Of a stretch of 64,000 nt of DNA, positions 36,860-47,063 are shown one piece after another (within the stretch, counting starts at the first letter, position 1; every line of letters starts with the position of its first letter). The notes below the pieces were generated by a model. That model had not been told where the DNA came from. It did not search any database and saw only the letters and a list, made by a program, of their open reading frames with translations. Source of the DNA: Gemmatimonadaceae bacterium. GTDB taxonomy: Bacteria; Gemmatimonadota; Gemmatimonadetes; Gemmatimonadales; Gemmatimonadaceae. The stretch lies in assembly GCA_044224875.1 (NCBI GenBank), contig JBGAJQ010000009.1, forward strand, positions 1-64,000, in the 5' to 3' direction. The position numbers were made by a program, and so were the translations under genes.

Positions 36860-38281
36860 TCAGCGGCGGATGCGCTCGCTCACCGCGCGCACGATGGCCT
36901 GCGCGACGGAATCCTGGAGGGCAAAGAGGGACGAAGCGCTCCCTTCGTGGGTACCTACCCACACCGTGGAGTCCGACTCCACCGACGTCAAGCGCGTCAG
37001 CACGCGCATACGATCACGCTCGCGCTGCACGGTGGCGTCGAGCCGCATCGCCGCTCGACGCCCGGCCACCGAGTCGGTCCCCGGAGTACTTCCTTCCACG
37101 GCTGCCACGCGGAGTCCGGGAAGTCGAGCCAGGGCGTTGGTGACTTGCGAGGTGAGACCGAGTGCGGCGGCGCCCGCCGCCGAGTCACCGCCAATGGCCA
37201 CGAACGACGAAACCTCAATCGAAGGGCCTAACGCGGCGATTTGCGCTGGACGCGGTGCCGGCACGCCGGCATCGTTGCGCGCGGGCCAGAACGGCGCCCC
37301 CGCGGCGGCCAGGGCGAGTGCCCCGGCCGCCGACCAGCCGATGACCCGGCGCGGGGTCCACGTGCTGCGCGCTGGCACCACAAAATCGCCACTCGTCACG
37401 TCCGGCGAATCGAACATGCGCAGCAGCTCGGTCGCCGACTTGGGGCGCTGGGCGGGCTCCTTCTCCAGGCATCGCATGATGATGACCGCGAGTGGCGGCG
37501 GGACGTCCGATCGACGGGCGCGGATGGGAGGCGCCGGTTGCGAGAGCTGGGCGGCGAGCAGCTGGTGCGGCGATGCGCCGTAGAAGGGCGGCGTTCCCAC
37601 CAACATCTCATACGCCAGGATGCCCAGCGCATACAGGTCGGCGCGATGATCAACGTTAGGGTCGGCCGCCACCTGTTCCGGTGCCATGTACGCCGGCGTG
37701 CCCAGCGTCATTCCCACGCCGGTCAGCGCCGTGGCGTTGCCCGCGGACTTCACGAGATCCGGGCGTTCCTGTGGCAGCCGGCCATGTCGCGACACCGCGA
37801 TGGCTTTGGCGACACCGAAGTCGGTGACAACCGCGGCACCGCTCGTCAGCATCACGTTGTCTGGTTTGATGTCCCGATGCACGACACCGCGCCCGTGCGC
37901 GAACGCCAACGCCGCCAGCACGTCCTTGCAGACGGCGATGGTTTCGCGCACGGAGAGTGGGCCGCGCACGAGGCGCGTGCGAAGCGACTCCCCTTCGATG
38001 AACGGCATCACGAAATACGGCAGGCCATCCACCTCACCGGAGGTGAGCACCGGCACGATGTGCGGATGCTGCAGACCCGCGGCTACCATGATCTCGCGCC
38101 GGAAGCGCTCCACGGACAACGTCGCCGTCAGCGTCGACGAAAGGACCTTGAACACCACCCGCCGTTGCAGCTGCTTGTCAAAGGCGACGAAGACGTCCGA
38201 CATCCCGCCGCCGCCGAGCTCGCGCTCGATGACGCACCAATCGGCAACATGGGCATTCAGGCGGGCGATCAGGTCGGCCAT
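36860..38281 (-). CDS. Membrane Ser/Thr protein kinase with TolB-N-like C-terminal domain
   Basis: LGGGGMS, VFK, HRDIKPDN, DFG, GTPAYMAPEQ, then a TM helix. Confidence 0.93.
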   Translation of the reverse strand: MADLIARLNAHVADWCVIERELGGGGMSDVFVAFDKQLQRRVVFKVLSSTLTATLSVERFRREIMVAAGLQHPHIVPVLTSGEVDGLPYFVMPFIEGESLRTRLVRGPLSVRETIAVCKDVLAALAFAHGRGVVHRDIKPDNVMLTSGAAVVTDFGVAKAIAVSRHGRLPQERPDLVKSAGNATALTGVGMTLGTPAYMAPEQVAADPNVDHRADLYALGILAYEMLVGTPPFYGASPHQLLAAQLSQPAPPIRARRSDVPPPLAVIIMRCLEKEPAQRPKSATELLRMFDSPDVTSGDFVVPARSTWTPRRVIGWSAAGALALAAAGAPFWPARNDAGVPAPRPAQIAALGPSIEVSSFVAIGGDSAAGAAALGLTSQVTNALARLPGLRVAAVEGSTPGTDSVAGRRAAMRLDATVQRERDRMRVLTRLTSVESDSTVWVGTHEGSASSLFALQDSVAQAIVRAVSERIRR

Positions 38282-38442
38282 GACACGTGTGGGAAGGTGA
38301 TCATCTGACACCCGGAAGGACCAAAAACGTTACCGGTCCGTACGTCAAACGCACGTCACAGGTGCCGAGACGACGGGGGCATGCGGTCGCCACGGGTAAC
38401 GAGTCCCTCCGAACGCCACCGGTCACCGGCGCCGACCGCCTG

Positions 38443-39960
38443 TCACGGCGTCGGGATCTTGAACGGGTCCTTGGGCGGGCGCCTTAAGGTATCTGGCGGC
38501 GCCGGCTTGGCGATCTCCTTGCTGATGGCGAGATGGGCATTGCCCCTGGCTACCGCGTAAACGCGCAAATCGGCGGTGGTCGCGTGCGCGCGGAGGCCAC
38601 GAGCGTCGGTGATCTTCGCGCGCAGGATGACGCCGTCCGCCAGACGCCGGTTCATGCCCCGTTCGGCGAGGGGAACGAGGGCGCCAACGGCGGAGGAGTC
38701 CGGGAGACGCGCTCGCAAGCGCAGGAAGTCGCGGAGCTCATCCCCCTTGAGCCACTGCAGGCCCTGCACCAGCAGGTTGGAGCTGCCGACATCATAGTCG
38801 AGGTCTGGGACTACCACCTGGCGCGACAGGGTATCAATCGTCGGCGTGCCGGTAAAATAGACTCGGCCCCGCGTGTCCCCTCGCACGTCGACGCCGAGCG
38901 CCACCTGACCTCCGCCGATGCCCGTCAGTTGGACATTGTCGATACGAATGGTGCGCCCCGCCTGGCTGATCTCGCGCCCCCGAAGGGCCTTGCGGAGCAG
39001 CGCCGAGGCCACCGAATAGCTGAACGCTCCCTCCATCTGCACATTCAAGCCAACGTTCGGCATCTCGCCAAACGCCAACTGCGGGAGGGCGGTGATCAGG
39101 GTAAAGTCATTCGGGCGCGGCCCGGTGATCACCCGGGGCTGCACAAGCAACCCCACGTTGGCGATCACGGTGCGTTCGTTGCTCGTGACCTTGCCGAGTT
39201 GCGCGCCACGTGGATTAAGTGTGAGGTAGATGCTGTCCGTGAGGCGAATCGGCTGTTGCATCTTTTGCCACCACGAGACAAAGCGGGATCGTGTGTCGAT
39301 GCGTGCAATATTGGCATCCAGCGCCGCGAGTTGTTTCTGGAGCGCCGAGCGCGTGGCCGCCACGACACGCTCCGTGACATCCACGCGAAAGATTGTCACC
39401 TTGCAACGGTCCCGCTCCTCGTCGCTGAACGGTTCGAGCCGCGCGATGGCGGTGCGCGTGCGAAGCTGCCAGTCCGCCGTCAGCTTCACTTGTGAGGCAA
39501 GCGTGGCGCGCACCCGCGGGCGCGGAACACCTCCCGTGCCACACGCGGCGCTGATCTCAGGCCCGATCGGCGGCTTGTACCAGCCGCGCCCCTCGTACTC
39601 GATGGTGGTGGAGATGCGGACGTTCTGCCCGTCTATGGCGACCTGAAAAGGCGAGCGGTCGGCCACGAAGGCGAAGTGCAGTCGCTTGTTGGAAGGCGAC
39701 TCCAGACGCTGGGTGAGGTCGCCAAAGCGTTTGGGCACCGCGCCCTCCATCGTGGTGATGGCGGGGGAGAGGTCATAGAGAATGGGGGCTTCAACGAACG
39801 ACGGAGCCGGCGGGCCGATCGAATCGGGTACGTCCTCCACGACGATCGGTGGCGGCGCCTCAAACTCGATCGGCTGCCGCATGAGACGAGACGCGTAATA
39901 CGCGCCTGCCCCAATGCCAGCAACGATGATCACTGCCGCGACAACCGTTCGAGTTCGCAT
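38443..39960 (-). CDS. DUF4403-like membrane-anchored protein
   Basis: N-terminal TM followed by long beta-rich TULIP-like segments (VPDLDYDV). Confidence 0.65.
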   Translation of the reverse strand: MRTRTVVAAVIIVAGIGAGAYYASRLMRQPIEFEAPPPIVVEDVPDSIGPPAPSFVEAPILYDLSPAITTMEGAVPKRFGDLTQRLESPSNKRLHFAFVADRSPFQVAIDGQNVRISTTIEYEGRGWYKPPIGPEISAACGTGGVPRPRVRATLASQVKLTADWQLRTRTAIARLEPFSDEERDRCKVTIFRVDVTERVVAATRSALQKQLAALDANIARIDTRSRFVSWWQKMQQPIRLTDSIYLTLNPRGAQLGKVTSNERTVIANVGLLVQPRVITGPRPNDFTLITALPQLAFGEMPNVGLNVQMEGAFSYSVASALLRKALRGREISQAGRTIRIDNVQLTGIGGGQVALGVDVRGDTRGRVYFTGTPTIDTLSRQVVVPDLDYDVGSSNLLVQGLQWLKGDELRDFLRLRARLPDSSAVGALVPLAERGMNRRLADGVILRAKITDARGLRAHATTADLRVYAVARGNAHLAISKEIAKPAPPDTLRRPPKDPFKIPTP

Positions 39961-40096
39961 TCAGAGACCATGCCCGCAAAGCAGTTCACAGAAGAGCCCC
40001 GGTTCCAAGATGGCGCGCGGTACTACGTTTTCGCAGTAGCAGCGGTCTGGCGCGACCCGCCTCGCCGAGACTGACGCAGGCACCTACATTCGGCGC

Positions 40097-42304
40097 GTGA
40101 ACCAGAGGCGTCAGGGATCCCGAATTGAGCTGGGCCGGGCGTGCTACCAGAGGGGTAGACTCGAGGCGGTCCTGAGGGCTGCCGCGCTCGCTTCGCTGCT
40201 AGTGGCGATGACGGGATTGCCGGCCTGGGGACAACGGGGAGACTCCGCACGCTGTCCGCGCGGCCTGTCGCCGTTCTCCACGCCGTTTTGTTCCGAGCTG
40301 GTGGCGGTACCGACGTTGCCGCAAGTGACCGGGATGATGGAGCTGCAACCCCTCCGTTCGCCGTTCGGGGTCTCGGTGTCGTCGGACGGACGACTGCGGC
40401 ATCGGATCATCCTCGACATATCCGGACTGCCGCGCCCGGATTCGCTGGGTGCGTACACGCGATATGTCGCGTGGGCCTACACCATCACGATGGACCGGGA
40501 AATCCGGTTGGGTGAGGTGCGTAACGGGCACACGGATGTCGGCGAGATTCCGTACGAGCCATTTCGCGTGCTGGTGACGGCCGAGGCGTCAGCGATGCCA
40601 GCGCATCGTGGGGCGGGGAAACTGGTGCTGCGGGCCACGTCACCGAGCGCGTTGTTGCTGGCGCATCGTGACGCCGTGTTGGCGATGACCGGACGCATGA
40701 CGGTTGGCGGCGAGCCGATTGCAGCTGGCGACCACATGGGGCACGATATGCCGGGCATGTGGTCCATGCCGCCCGACGACCCGCGGTTGGCGCCGATGGC
40801 CATGCCGCACATGACGCCGGGGACTCCGCCGATGCTCCCCGACACCACGGGCCGGCCCGTCACTCCGGCGCGGCCGCGCGAGTTGGTCACGTTGCACGAC
40901 GGCGACACCCTGACGCTGCGTGCGGGACTCGTGCGCCGGACCATTGGCAGTCGCACGTTCGTCATGTACGGCTACAACGGGCAGTACCCGGGGCCGCTGA
41001 TCCGTGTGCGTCAGGCCACGGAGGTGACCATCCTGTTCCACAATGACCTTGACCTTCCCTCGACGGTGCACTGGCACGGGTTGCGCCTGGAAAACCGCTT
41101 CGACGGTGTCCCTGACCTGACGCAGGAGGCGGTCGCACCTGGCGACTCGTTCGTGTATCGGCTGCGGTTTCCTGACGCCGGCATCTACTGGTACCATCCG
41201 CACGTGCGTGAAGACGTCCAGCAGGAGTTGGGGCTCTACGGGAACATCCTCGTCGCCCGTCGCGCGCAGGCGCGAGTGCCGGTGCACCGTGAGGAGGTGG
41301 TGGCGCTGGATGATTTCCTGGCGGGAGGCGCCGGGCCGGTCCCATTCGGCCGCGACGTGCCGACCTACGCGCTGATGGGGCGGTTCGGGAACATCTACCT
41401 GCTGAACGGAGAACCGAACTATACGTTAGGCGTGAAGCGGGGTGAGGTGGTCCGTTTCTATTTCACCAATGTCGCGAATGCGCGGACGTTCAACCTCAGG
41501 ATCCCCGGCGCACGACTCAAACTGGTCGCGTCGGACCTGGGAGATTTCGAACGCGAGGAGTGGGTGGAGAGCGTGGTCATTGCACCGGCCGAACGGTACG
41601 TCGTGGAAGCGCGCTTCGATTCGCCCGGAACTCTGCCCATCCTGAACAGCGTGCAGTGGCTGGACCACATGATGGGCACCTTCACTGCGGTCGATGATAC
41701 GCTGGGCCGCGTGGTGGTGAGCGACACAGCCGCCGCTCCGGACTATCGTCGGTCATTCGAGCGGCTCCGCACGAACCCACACGCGGCCAGGGAGCTCGCG
41801 CCGCTGCGGCGGCGTATTCCGGACACCCCCGATCACCAGCTGACGTTAGGCGTACGGGTGCGCAACGTCTCGCCGTTGGTGATGGCGATGATGACGGGAA
41901 TGCCAGTATTGGTGGACTGGAACGACGGAATGCCGATGATGAACTGGCCGATCACGGGCGACGAAGTCACCTGGTTCCTTCGGGATGAGACGGGCAAGGA
42001 GAACATGGACATCCGGTGGCACTTCCGCCGCGGCGACCTGGTGAAGATCCGGCTAACGAATGACCCCGCGACGCTGCACGCCATGGCCCATCCCATTCAC
42101 TTCCATGGTCAGCGGCTCGCGGTGGTGAGTCGCAATGGCGTACCGAACGACAATCTGGTGTGGAAAGACACGGCGCTGCTGCCGGCCGGGGAGACGATGG
42201 ACATCCTGCTGGAGGTGACGAACCCCGGCCAATGGATGGCGCACTGTCATGTGGCGGAGCATCTTGGGACCGGCATGATGCTCGTGTTCGACGTGAGTTC
42301 CTAG
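40097..42304 (+). CDS. Multicopper oxidase with N-terminal extension
   Basis: HWHG, WYHPH, HPIHFHG and HCHVAEH...GMM; Met-rich linkers; start uncertain. Confidence 0.93.
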   Translation: MNQRRQGSRIELGRACYQRGRLEAVLRAAALASLLVAMTGLPAWGQRGDSARCPRGLSPFSTPFCSELVAVPTLPQVTGMMELQPLRSPFGVSVSSDGRLRHRIILDISGLPRPDSLGAYTRYVAWAYTITMDREIRLGEVRNGHTDVGEIPYEPFRVLVTAEASAMPAHRGAGKLVLRATSPSALLLAHRDAVLAMTGRMTVGGEPIAAGDHMGHDMPGMWSMPPDDPRLAPMAMPHMTPGTPPMLPDTTGRPVTPARPRELVTLHDGDTLTLRAGLVRRTIGSRTFVMYGYNGQYPGPLIRVRQATEVTILFHNDLDLPSTVHWHGLRLENRFDGVPDLTQEAVAPGDSFVYRLRFPDAGIYWYHPHVREDVQQELGLYGNILVARRAQARVPVHREEVVALDDFLAGGAGPVPFGRDVPTYALMGRFGNIYLLNGEPNYTLGVKRGEVVRFYFTNVANARTFNLRIPGARLKLVASDLGDFEREEWVESVVIAPAERYVVEARFDSPGTLPILNSVQWLDHMMGTFTAVDDTLGRVVVSDTAAAPDYRRSFERLRTNPHAARELAPLRRRIPDTPDHQLTLGVRVRNVSPLVMAMMTGMPVLVDWNDGMPMMNWPITGDEVTWFLRDETGKENMDIRWHFRRGDLVKIRLTNDPATLHAMAHPIHFHGQRLAVVSRNGVPNDNLVWKDTALLPAGETMDILLEVTNPGQWMAHCHVAEHLGTGMMLVFDVSS

Positions 42305-42339
42305 CGCGGTTATCTCACCTTCTCTCGGTGGCCCTTCTC

Positions 42340-43770
42340 ATGATTGCGATTCGCGTGCGTGCCACGCTCCTGCTGCTCGCGGTGGTGTCGCGAGGGAGCG
42401 CGGCGCAAGAACGCCAGCTGTCGGCCAGTGTCCGCAACTACGCCTCCGTGACGGCACCGACGGTCGCGCTGACGCACGTCCGGGTCATCGATGGGACGGG
42501 CGCACCGGCACGCGACGACCAGACGATCGTGATCTCGGGGGACAAGATCACCGCTGTGGGTGCGGCCGCCGACGTGGCGATTCCGGCGGGCGCCCAAGTG
42601 TTGGACCTGTCGGGCCACACGGCCATTCCCGGGTTGGTGGGTTTGCACGATCACATGTACTACTCATCGGCAGCTGGCGGATCAATGAAGATGATGATCC
42701 AGAGCTACCCCCGGCTGTTCCTCGGTGCCGGCGTGACGACCATTCGCACGGCGGGGAGCACCGATTCGTACCAGGAGTTGAACCTGAAGACGCGCATCGA
42801 CAACGGTGACGCCGTGGGCCCGACGCTGTTCGTCACCGGTCCGTACCTGCAGGGTGCCGGCGGCGGACTTGGGCCGATGCACCCGCTGAGTGGCCCGGAC
42901 GATGCCCGCCGAACCGTACGGTACTGGGCCGAGGAGGGTGTGAGCTGGTTCAAGGCATACACGCAGATCTCGCGGGCCGACCTGGGCGCGGCGATCGATG
43001 AAGCGCACAAGCATGGTGTGAAGGTGACGGCACACCTTTGCTCGGTGGGGTATCGTGAAGCCGTGGCGTTAGGCATCGACAACCTCGAGCACGGGATGTT
43101 CGCCAACTCGGAGTTCTACAAGAACAAGCAGCCCGACGTCTGCCCGACGGTCGGCGACAGCGCCGTCTTCGCGGATGCCAACCTCGACAACCCGGACGTG
43201 CAACGCACGATCCAGGAGATGATCAAGCACAAGGTCTCGCTGACCTCCACCTTGGCGGTGTACGAGACCTCCACGCCGACGCGCGTCACCCGCGATGCGC
43301 GCGTGATCGATGCGCTCTTCCCCGATGCGGCGACGGCGGTGGACCGCTGGTACTCGACCGCCGGCACCGCGAAAGACGCGAACTCACGCGCCGTGTTACA
43401 AAAGACGATGGCGTTTGAACGTGCCTTTTTCAAAGCGGGCGGACTCCTCGGGGCCGGTTCAGATCCCTGCTGTCTGCACGTCATCGCCGGGTACGGCGAC
43501 CAGCGCAACTATGAAATCCTGATCGAGGCGGGGTTTTCGCCAGAAGAGGCGGTGCAGGTCATGACGCTGAACGGCGCCCGCGTGCTGGGAATAGCCGATC
43601 GTGTCGGTAGCCTCAAACCCAACATGCAGGCCGACATCGTCATCCTGCAGGGAAATCTCCTGGAAGCGCCAGTCAATATCCGCCGCACGGTCACGGTCTT
43701 TCGCAAAGGTATCGGGTTCGACTCAGCGAAGTTGATCGCCAGCATCAAGGGGCAGGTCGGGCTCAAGTAG
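42340..43770 (+). CDS. Exported amidohydrolase family protein
   Basis: PGLVGLHDH, GVTTIR, NLEHG, AGSD and GSLKPNMQAD; signal peptide from ATG 42340. Confidence 0.9.
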   Translation: MIAIRVRATLLLLAVVSRGSAAQERQLSASVRNYASVTAPTVALTHVRVIDGTGAPARDDQTIVISGDKITAVGAAADVAIPAGAQVLDLSGHTAIPGLVGLHDHMYYSSAAGGSMKMMIQSYPRLFLGAGVTTIRTAGSTDSYQELNLKTRIDNGDAVGPTLFVTGPYLQGAGGGLGPMHPLSGPDDARRTVRYWAEEGVSWFKAYTQISRADLGAAIDEAHKHGVKVTAHLCSVGYREAVALGIDNLEHGMFANSEFYKNKQPDVCPTVGDSAVFADANLDNPDVQRTIQEMIKHKVSLTSTLAVYETSTPTRVTRDARVIDALFPDAATAVDRWYSTAGTAKDANSRAVLQKTMAFERAFFKAGGLLGAGSDPCCLHVIAGYGDQRNYEILIEAGFSPEEAVQVMTLNGARVLGIADRVGSLKPNMQADIVILQGNLLEAPVNIRRTVTVFRKGIGFDSAKLIASIKGQVGLK

Positions 43771-43869
43771 TGCACGGGCCGGCCGCCGGGTTCGTTACAA
43801 TGCGCGGCTATTGTTCGAGGTGACGTCCGGGCCCGGTGGCTCGGACGGTTTGCTCTCACTCCCCGCGGT

Positions 43870-44376
43870 ATGCAACTCCTGCTCATCCGACACGCGATCG
43901 CCGAAGCGCGCGAGGACTTCGCGATTACCGGCAAGAACGACGCTGAGCGTCCTCTGACGGAGTACGGTCGACGCCGCATGGCGAAGAATGCGCGAGGCAT
44001 GCGTCGCGTGTCGCCAAAGATCGACGTGATGGTCAGCAGCCCCTACGTGCGCGCGCGCGAGACCGCCCGTATCGTGGCGACCGCGTTAGGTGTGCGGAAT
44101 GTCCTGACGGTCGATGCCCTGACGCCGGATCAACACCCGAAGGAGTTCTTCGCGTGGTTGGGCACGCAGGCGACCGATGCCGTGATCGCCGCGGTCGGTC
44201 ACGAGCCGCACCTGTCGCGCCTGCTGATGTGGGGTCTGGCGCAGAAGGCCGAGGCGAGTGCGGAGTTCAAGAAGGGTGGTGCCGCTCTCGTGGACTTTGG
44301 CTCCGGGTGCAAGGCGGGGACAGGCATCCTCCGGTGGTTGGTGACGCCCGCTCAGCTGCGGTCGATCGCGGACTAG
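43870..44376 (+). CDS. sixA: SixA-type phosphohistidine phosphatase
   Basis: IRHA, RPLT, SSPYVRARET and VGHEP. Confidence 0.88.
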   Translation: MQLLLIRHAIAEAREDFAITGKNDAERPLTEYGRRRMAKNARGMRRVSPKIDVMVSSPYVRARETARIVATALGVRNVLTVDALTPDQHPKEFFAWLGTQATDAVIAAVGHEPHLSRLLMWGLAQKAEASAEFKKGGAALVDFGSGCKAGTGILRWLVTPAQLRSIAD

Positions 44377-44379
44377 TCA

Positions 44380-45837
44380 ATGTCGAACTTGTCGGAGCTG
44401 GCGACGACCGAGGTGTCTTCTCACGGGGTACGCCGCGTGGCCCTGTCGCTCATGGCCGACGTGCGAAGCGAGCGAGCACGCCTCCGGGCGCCGGGTGACC
44501 CTGACGCCTTGCACGACTTTCGTGTGGCCGTACGCCGCCTACGCAGCTGGATGCGCATGATGGACGAGGATCTGCGGGATTCCAGCCCGCGCGGTGTGCG
44601 AAAGGCGCTCCAGGAATACGGTGAGCGGTCGAACGCGGGGCGCGACGCCGAGGTGCTGCGCGAGTGGTTGATGCTCACGGTCAAGGAACTCGCGCCACGC
44701 CACCGGCCCGCGGCGCGGTGGCTCATGCGACTGCAAGACAGTCGGCACCGAACGGCGGATCACGAACTGCATGAGGTGCTGGACAAATCCTTCGACGCGG
44801 TCATGCAGAGGCTCGAGCGCCGGCTTCGTCGATTCCGGACGGTGGTGCACTTGGATGCACACCGTGCCGACCCCACGTTGGCGCAGCGTGTGGCCGACCG
44901 GGCGCGTGTGCAAGGCGCGGTGCTGCGCGAGGCGCTAGCGCAGGTGCAGGACGTGGAAGACGACGCGGCGATTCACGAGGCGCGGATAGCCGGCAAGCGA
45001 CTGCGATACTTGCTGGAGCCGCTGGCGGCGAGCCATCCCGGCCTGCAACCCGTGATCGACCGATTGAAGGGGCTGCAGGACGCGTTAGGAGCCGTACACG
45101 ATGCACATGTGTGGGGTGCGGCGCTGCATCATACGTTGCAGCAGGCGGCAGACGAAGAGGGCCGTTCGTTGCAGCGTGTCGCCACAGGCGCTGCCGCGCA
45201 GCACGGTCGCTCGGCCTTGCCGTCGCGGGCCGGCCTCATGGCGCTGGCTGGGAAGATGCACGATCACGCGGCGCAACAGTTCGACGTGTACCGCGCACAA
45301 TGGGTGGAGTCGGGCAGCGCGCCGTTTCACGAGGATCTCGAGAGAGCCGCGACGGCATTGAGTGAAGAAGCGGCTCCGGCGCCGTTGGAGATTGAACGGA
45401 AATACCTGCTCAAGGGCGTGCCGCGACGCATGCCGCGCGGACGCATGTCCGAGTTGCATCAAGGCTACTTACCAGGAGATCGCATCGTCGAACGCCTGCG
45501 AAAGACGACGCGTGGCCGCAAGAGCACATACGCGCGGACGATCAAGTTCGGGGCGGGAATCGTTCGTACCGAAGTTGAGGAGGCGGTAACACGCGAGTTC
45601 TTCGAGCAGGTCTGGCCACTGACGGAGGGCAAGCGTGTCCTGAAGCAACGGCATGCGATCCGGCATGGTGCGCACACATGGGAGATCGACGTCTTTCGCG
45701 ACCGGACGTTGGTGCTGGCAGAGGTTGAGCTGTCGGAGGCGGACGAGCAACCAGCCTTTCCGCCGTGGTTGGCGCGGTACGTGGTTCGCGACGTCACTGA
45801 CGATCCCGAGTACCTCAACCTCAGGCTTGCGCGGTAG
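44380..45837 (+). CDS. CHAD-CYTH fusion (polyphosphate binding / triphosphatase)
   Basis: LHDFRVAVRRLRS, HEARIAGKRLRY and LQDALGAVHD (CHAD); EIERKYL and AEVEL (CYTH). Confidence 0.9.
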   Translation: MSNLSELATTEVSSHGVRRVALSLMADVRSERARLRAPGDPDALHDFRVAVRRLRSWMRMMDEDLRDSSPRGVRKALQEYGERSNAGRDAEVLREWLMLTVKELAPRHRPAARWLMRLQDSRHRTADHELHEVLDKSFDAVMQRLERRLRRFRTVVHLDAHRADPTLAQRVADRARVQGAVLREALAQVQDVEDDAAIHEARIAGKRLRYLLEPLAASHPGLQPVIDRLKGLQDALGAVHDAHVWGAALHHTLQQAADEEGRSLQRVATGAAAQHGRSALPSRAGLMALAGKMHDHAAQQFDVYRAQWVESGSAPFHEDLERAATALSEEAAPAPLEIERKYLLKGVPRRMPRGRMSELHQGYLPGDRIVERLRKTTRGRKSTYARTIKFGAGIVRTEVEEAVTREFFEQVWPLTEGKRVLKQRHAIRHGAHTWEIDVFRDRTLVLAEVELSEADEQPAFPPWLARYVVRDVTDDPEYLNLRLAR

Positions 45838-45923
45838 TCCACCACGCGCGGCAGGCCTCGTTGTTAGCTTTCCTGCCGGGCGCGTCACATGGTGCGCCCT
45901 TTTCCGTTTCGCACCTCACATCC

Positions 45924-47045
45924 GTGAAGATCTTCGTCGTCACCAACGACTTTTCGCCACGTATAGGCGGCATCAACTACTACGTCGACCAGATGTTTCG
46001 GCACGTAGCGACCGGCGGTGAGGTGACGATTTTTTCATCCAAGTACAAGGGGTGGGAGGCATTCGATCGGACCTACCCGCACGAAGTCGTTCGGATCGAC
46101 ACGGAGATGATGCTGCCCCTGCCGTGGGTCCGACGCCGGCTTCATGAGGAACTGAGGGGGCGGCGGCCGGACGTGGTGCTGTTTGGGGCCACGTGGCCGC
46201 TCGGTCACATGGGACCGGCCATCCGCAGGAAGCTCGACATCCCATTCGGGGGGTTCACTCACGGGTTGGAGCTGACAGGGGCCCTCGTGCCCGGCATGTT
46301 GCACCACATCGGACGATCGGCGTCGTTGCTGACGGCCGTCTCCGAGTGGGCGCGGCGCAAGCTCGAACCGGCGTTTGGGTGGAATGGCCGCATGGCGTTG
46401 CTCCCATCGGGGATCGACACGCAGAGCTTCCATCCCAATGTGAGCGATGCGATCGTGCGGGAGCGACACGGACTTGGTGACGCCCCGGTGATCTGCTGTG
46501 TGTCGCGCATGGTGGCACGCAAGGGCCAGGACATGCTGATCCGCGCGCTGCCCGCCATCCACCGAGAATTTCCCGCCACACGGCTCCTGCTGGTGGGGCA
46601 TGGCCCGTACGAGCCGACGCTGCGGCGGCTTGCGGCGTCGTCGCCAGGGAGCGATCGCGTGATCTTTGCCGGCGCGGTGTCGTACGAGGAACTGCCCGCG
46701 TACTTTCGCGCGGGCGACGTCTTCGCAATGCCATGCCGGTCTCGCCTTGGTGGCCTGGACATCGAGGCGTTAGGCGCCGTGTTCCTTCAGGGGGCCGCGG
46801 TTGGCCGTCCGGTGATCGCGGGCGACTCCGGTGGCGCGCCAGAGGCAGTCAAGCCAAACGAAACCGGTCTTGTGGTAGATCCCGAGTCGCCCCAACGCAT
46901 CGCGGCCGCCATCCTGCAGCTGCTCCGCGACCCCGCACAGGCACGTGCGTTAGGCGAGGCCGGTGCGCGTTGGGTTCACACGGAATGGACGTGGGCCGCC
47001 ATGGCCCAGCGGCTCGACGCCCTGCTGTCGGCCGCTGTTTCGTAG
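45924..47045 (+). CDS. GT4 glycosyltransferase, PimB'-like
   Basis: VVTNDFSPRIGGI, VSRMVARKGQD and CRSRLGGLDIEALG. Confidence 0.85.
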   Translation: MKIFVVTNDFSPRIGGINYYVDQMFRHVATGGEVTIFSSKYKGWEAFDRTYPHEVVRIDTEMMLPLPWVRRRLHEELRGRRPDVVLFGATWPLGHMGPAIRRKLDIPFGGFTHGLELTGALVPGMLHHIGRSASLLTAVSEWARRKLEPAFGWNGRMALLPSGIDTQSFHPNVSDAIVRERHGLGDAPVICCVSRMVARKGQDMLIRALPAIHREFPATRLLLVGHGPYEPTLRRLAASSPGSDRVIFAGAVSYEELPAYFRAGDVFAMPCRSRLGGLDIEALGAVFLQGAAVGRPVIAGDSGGAPEAVKPNETGLVVDPESPQRIAAAILQLLRDPAQARALGEAGARWVHTEWTWAAMAQRLDALLSAAVS

Positions 47046-47063
47046 CCCCACGCGCGACGACTC

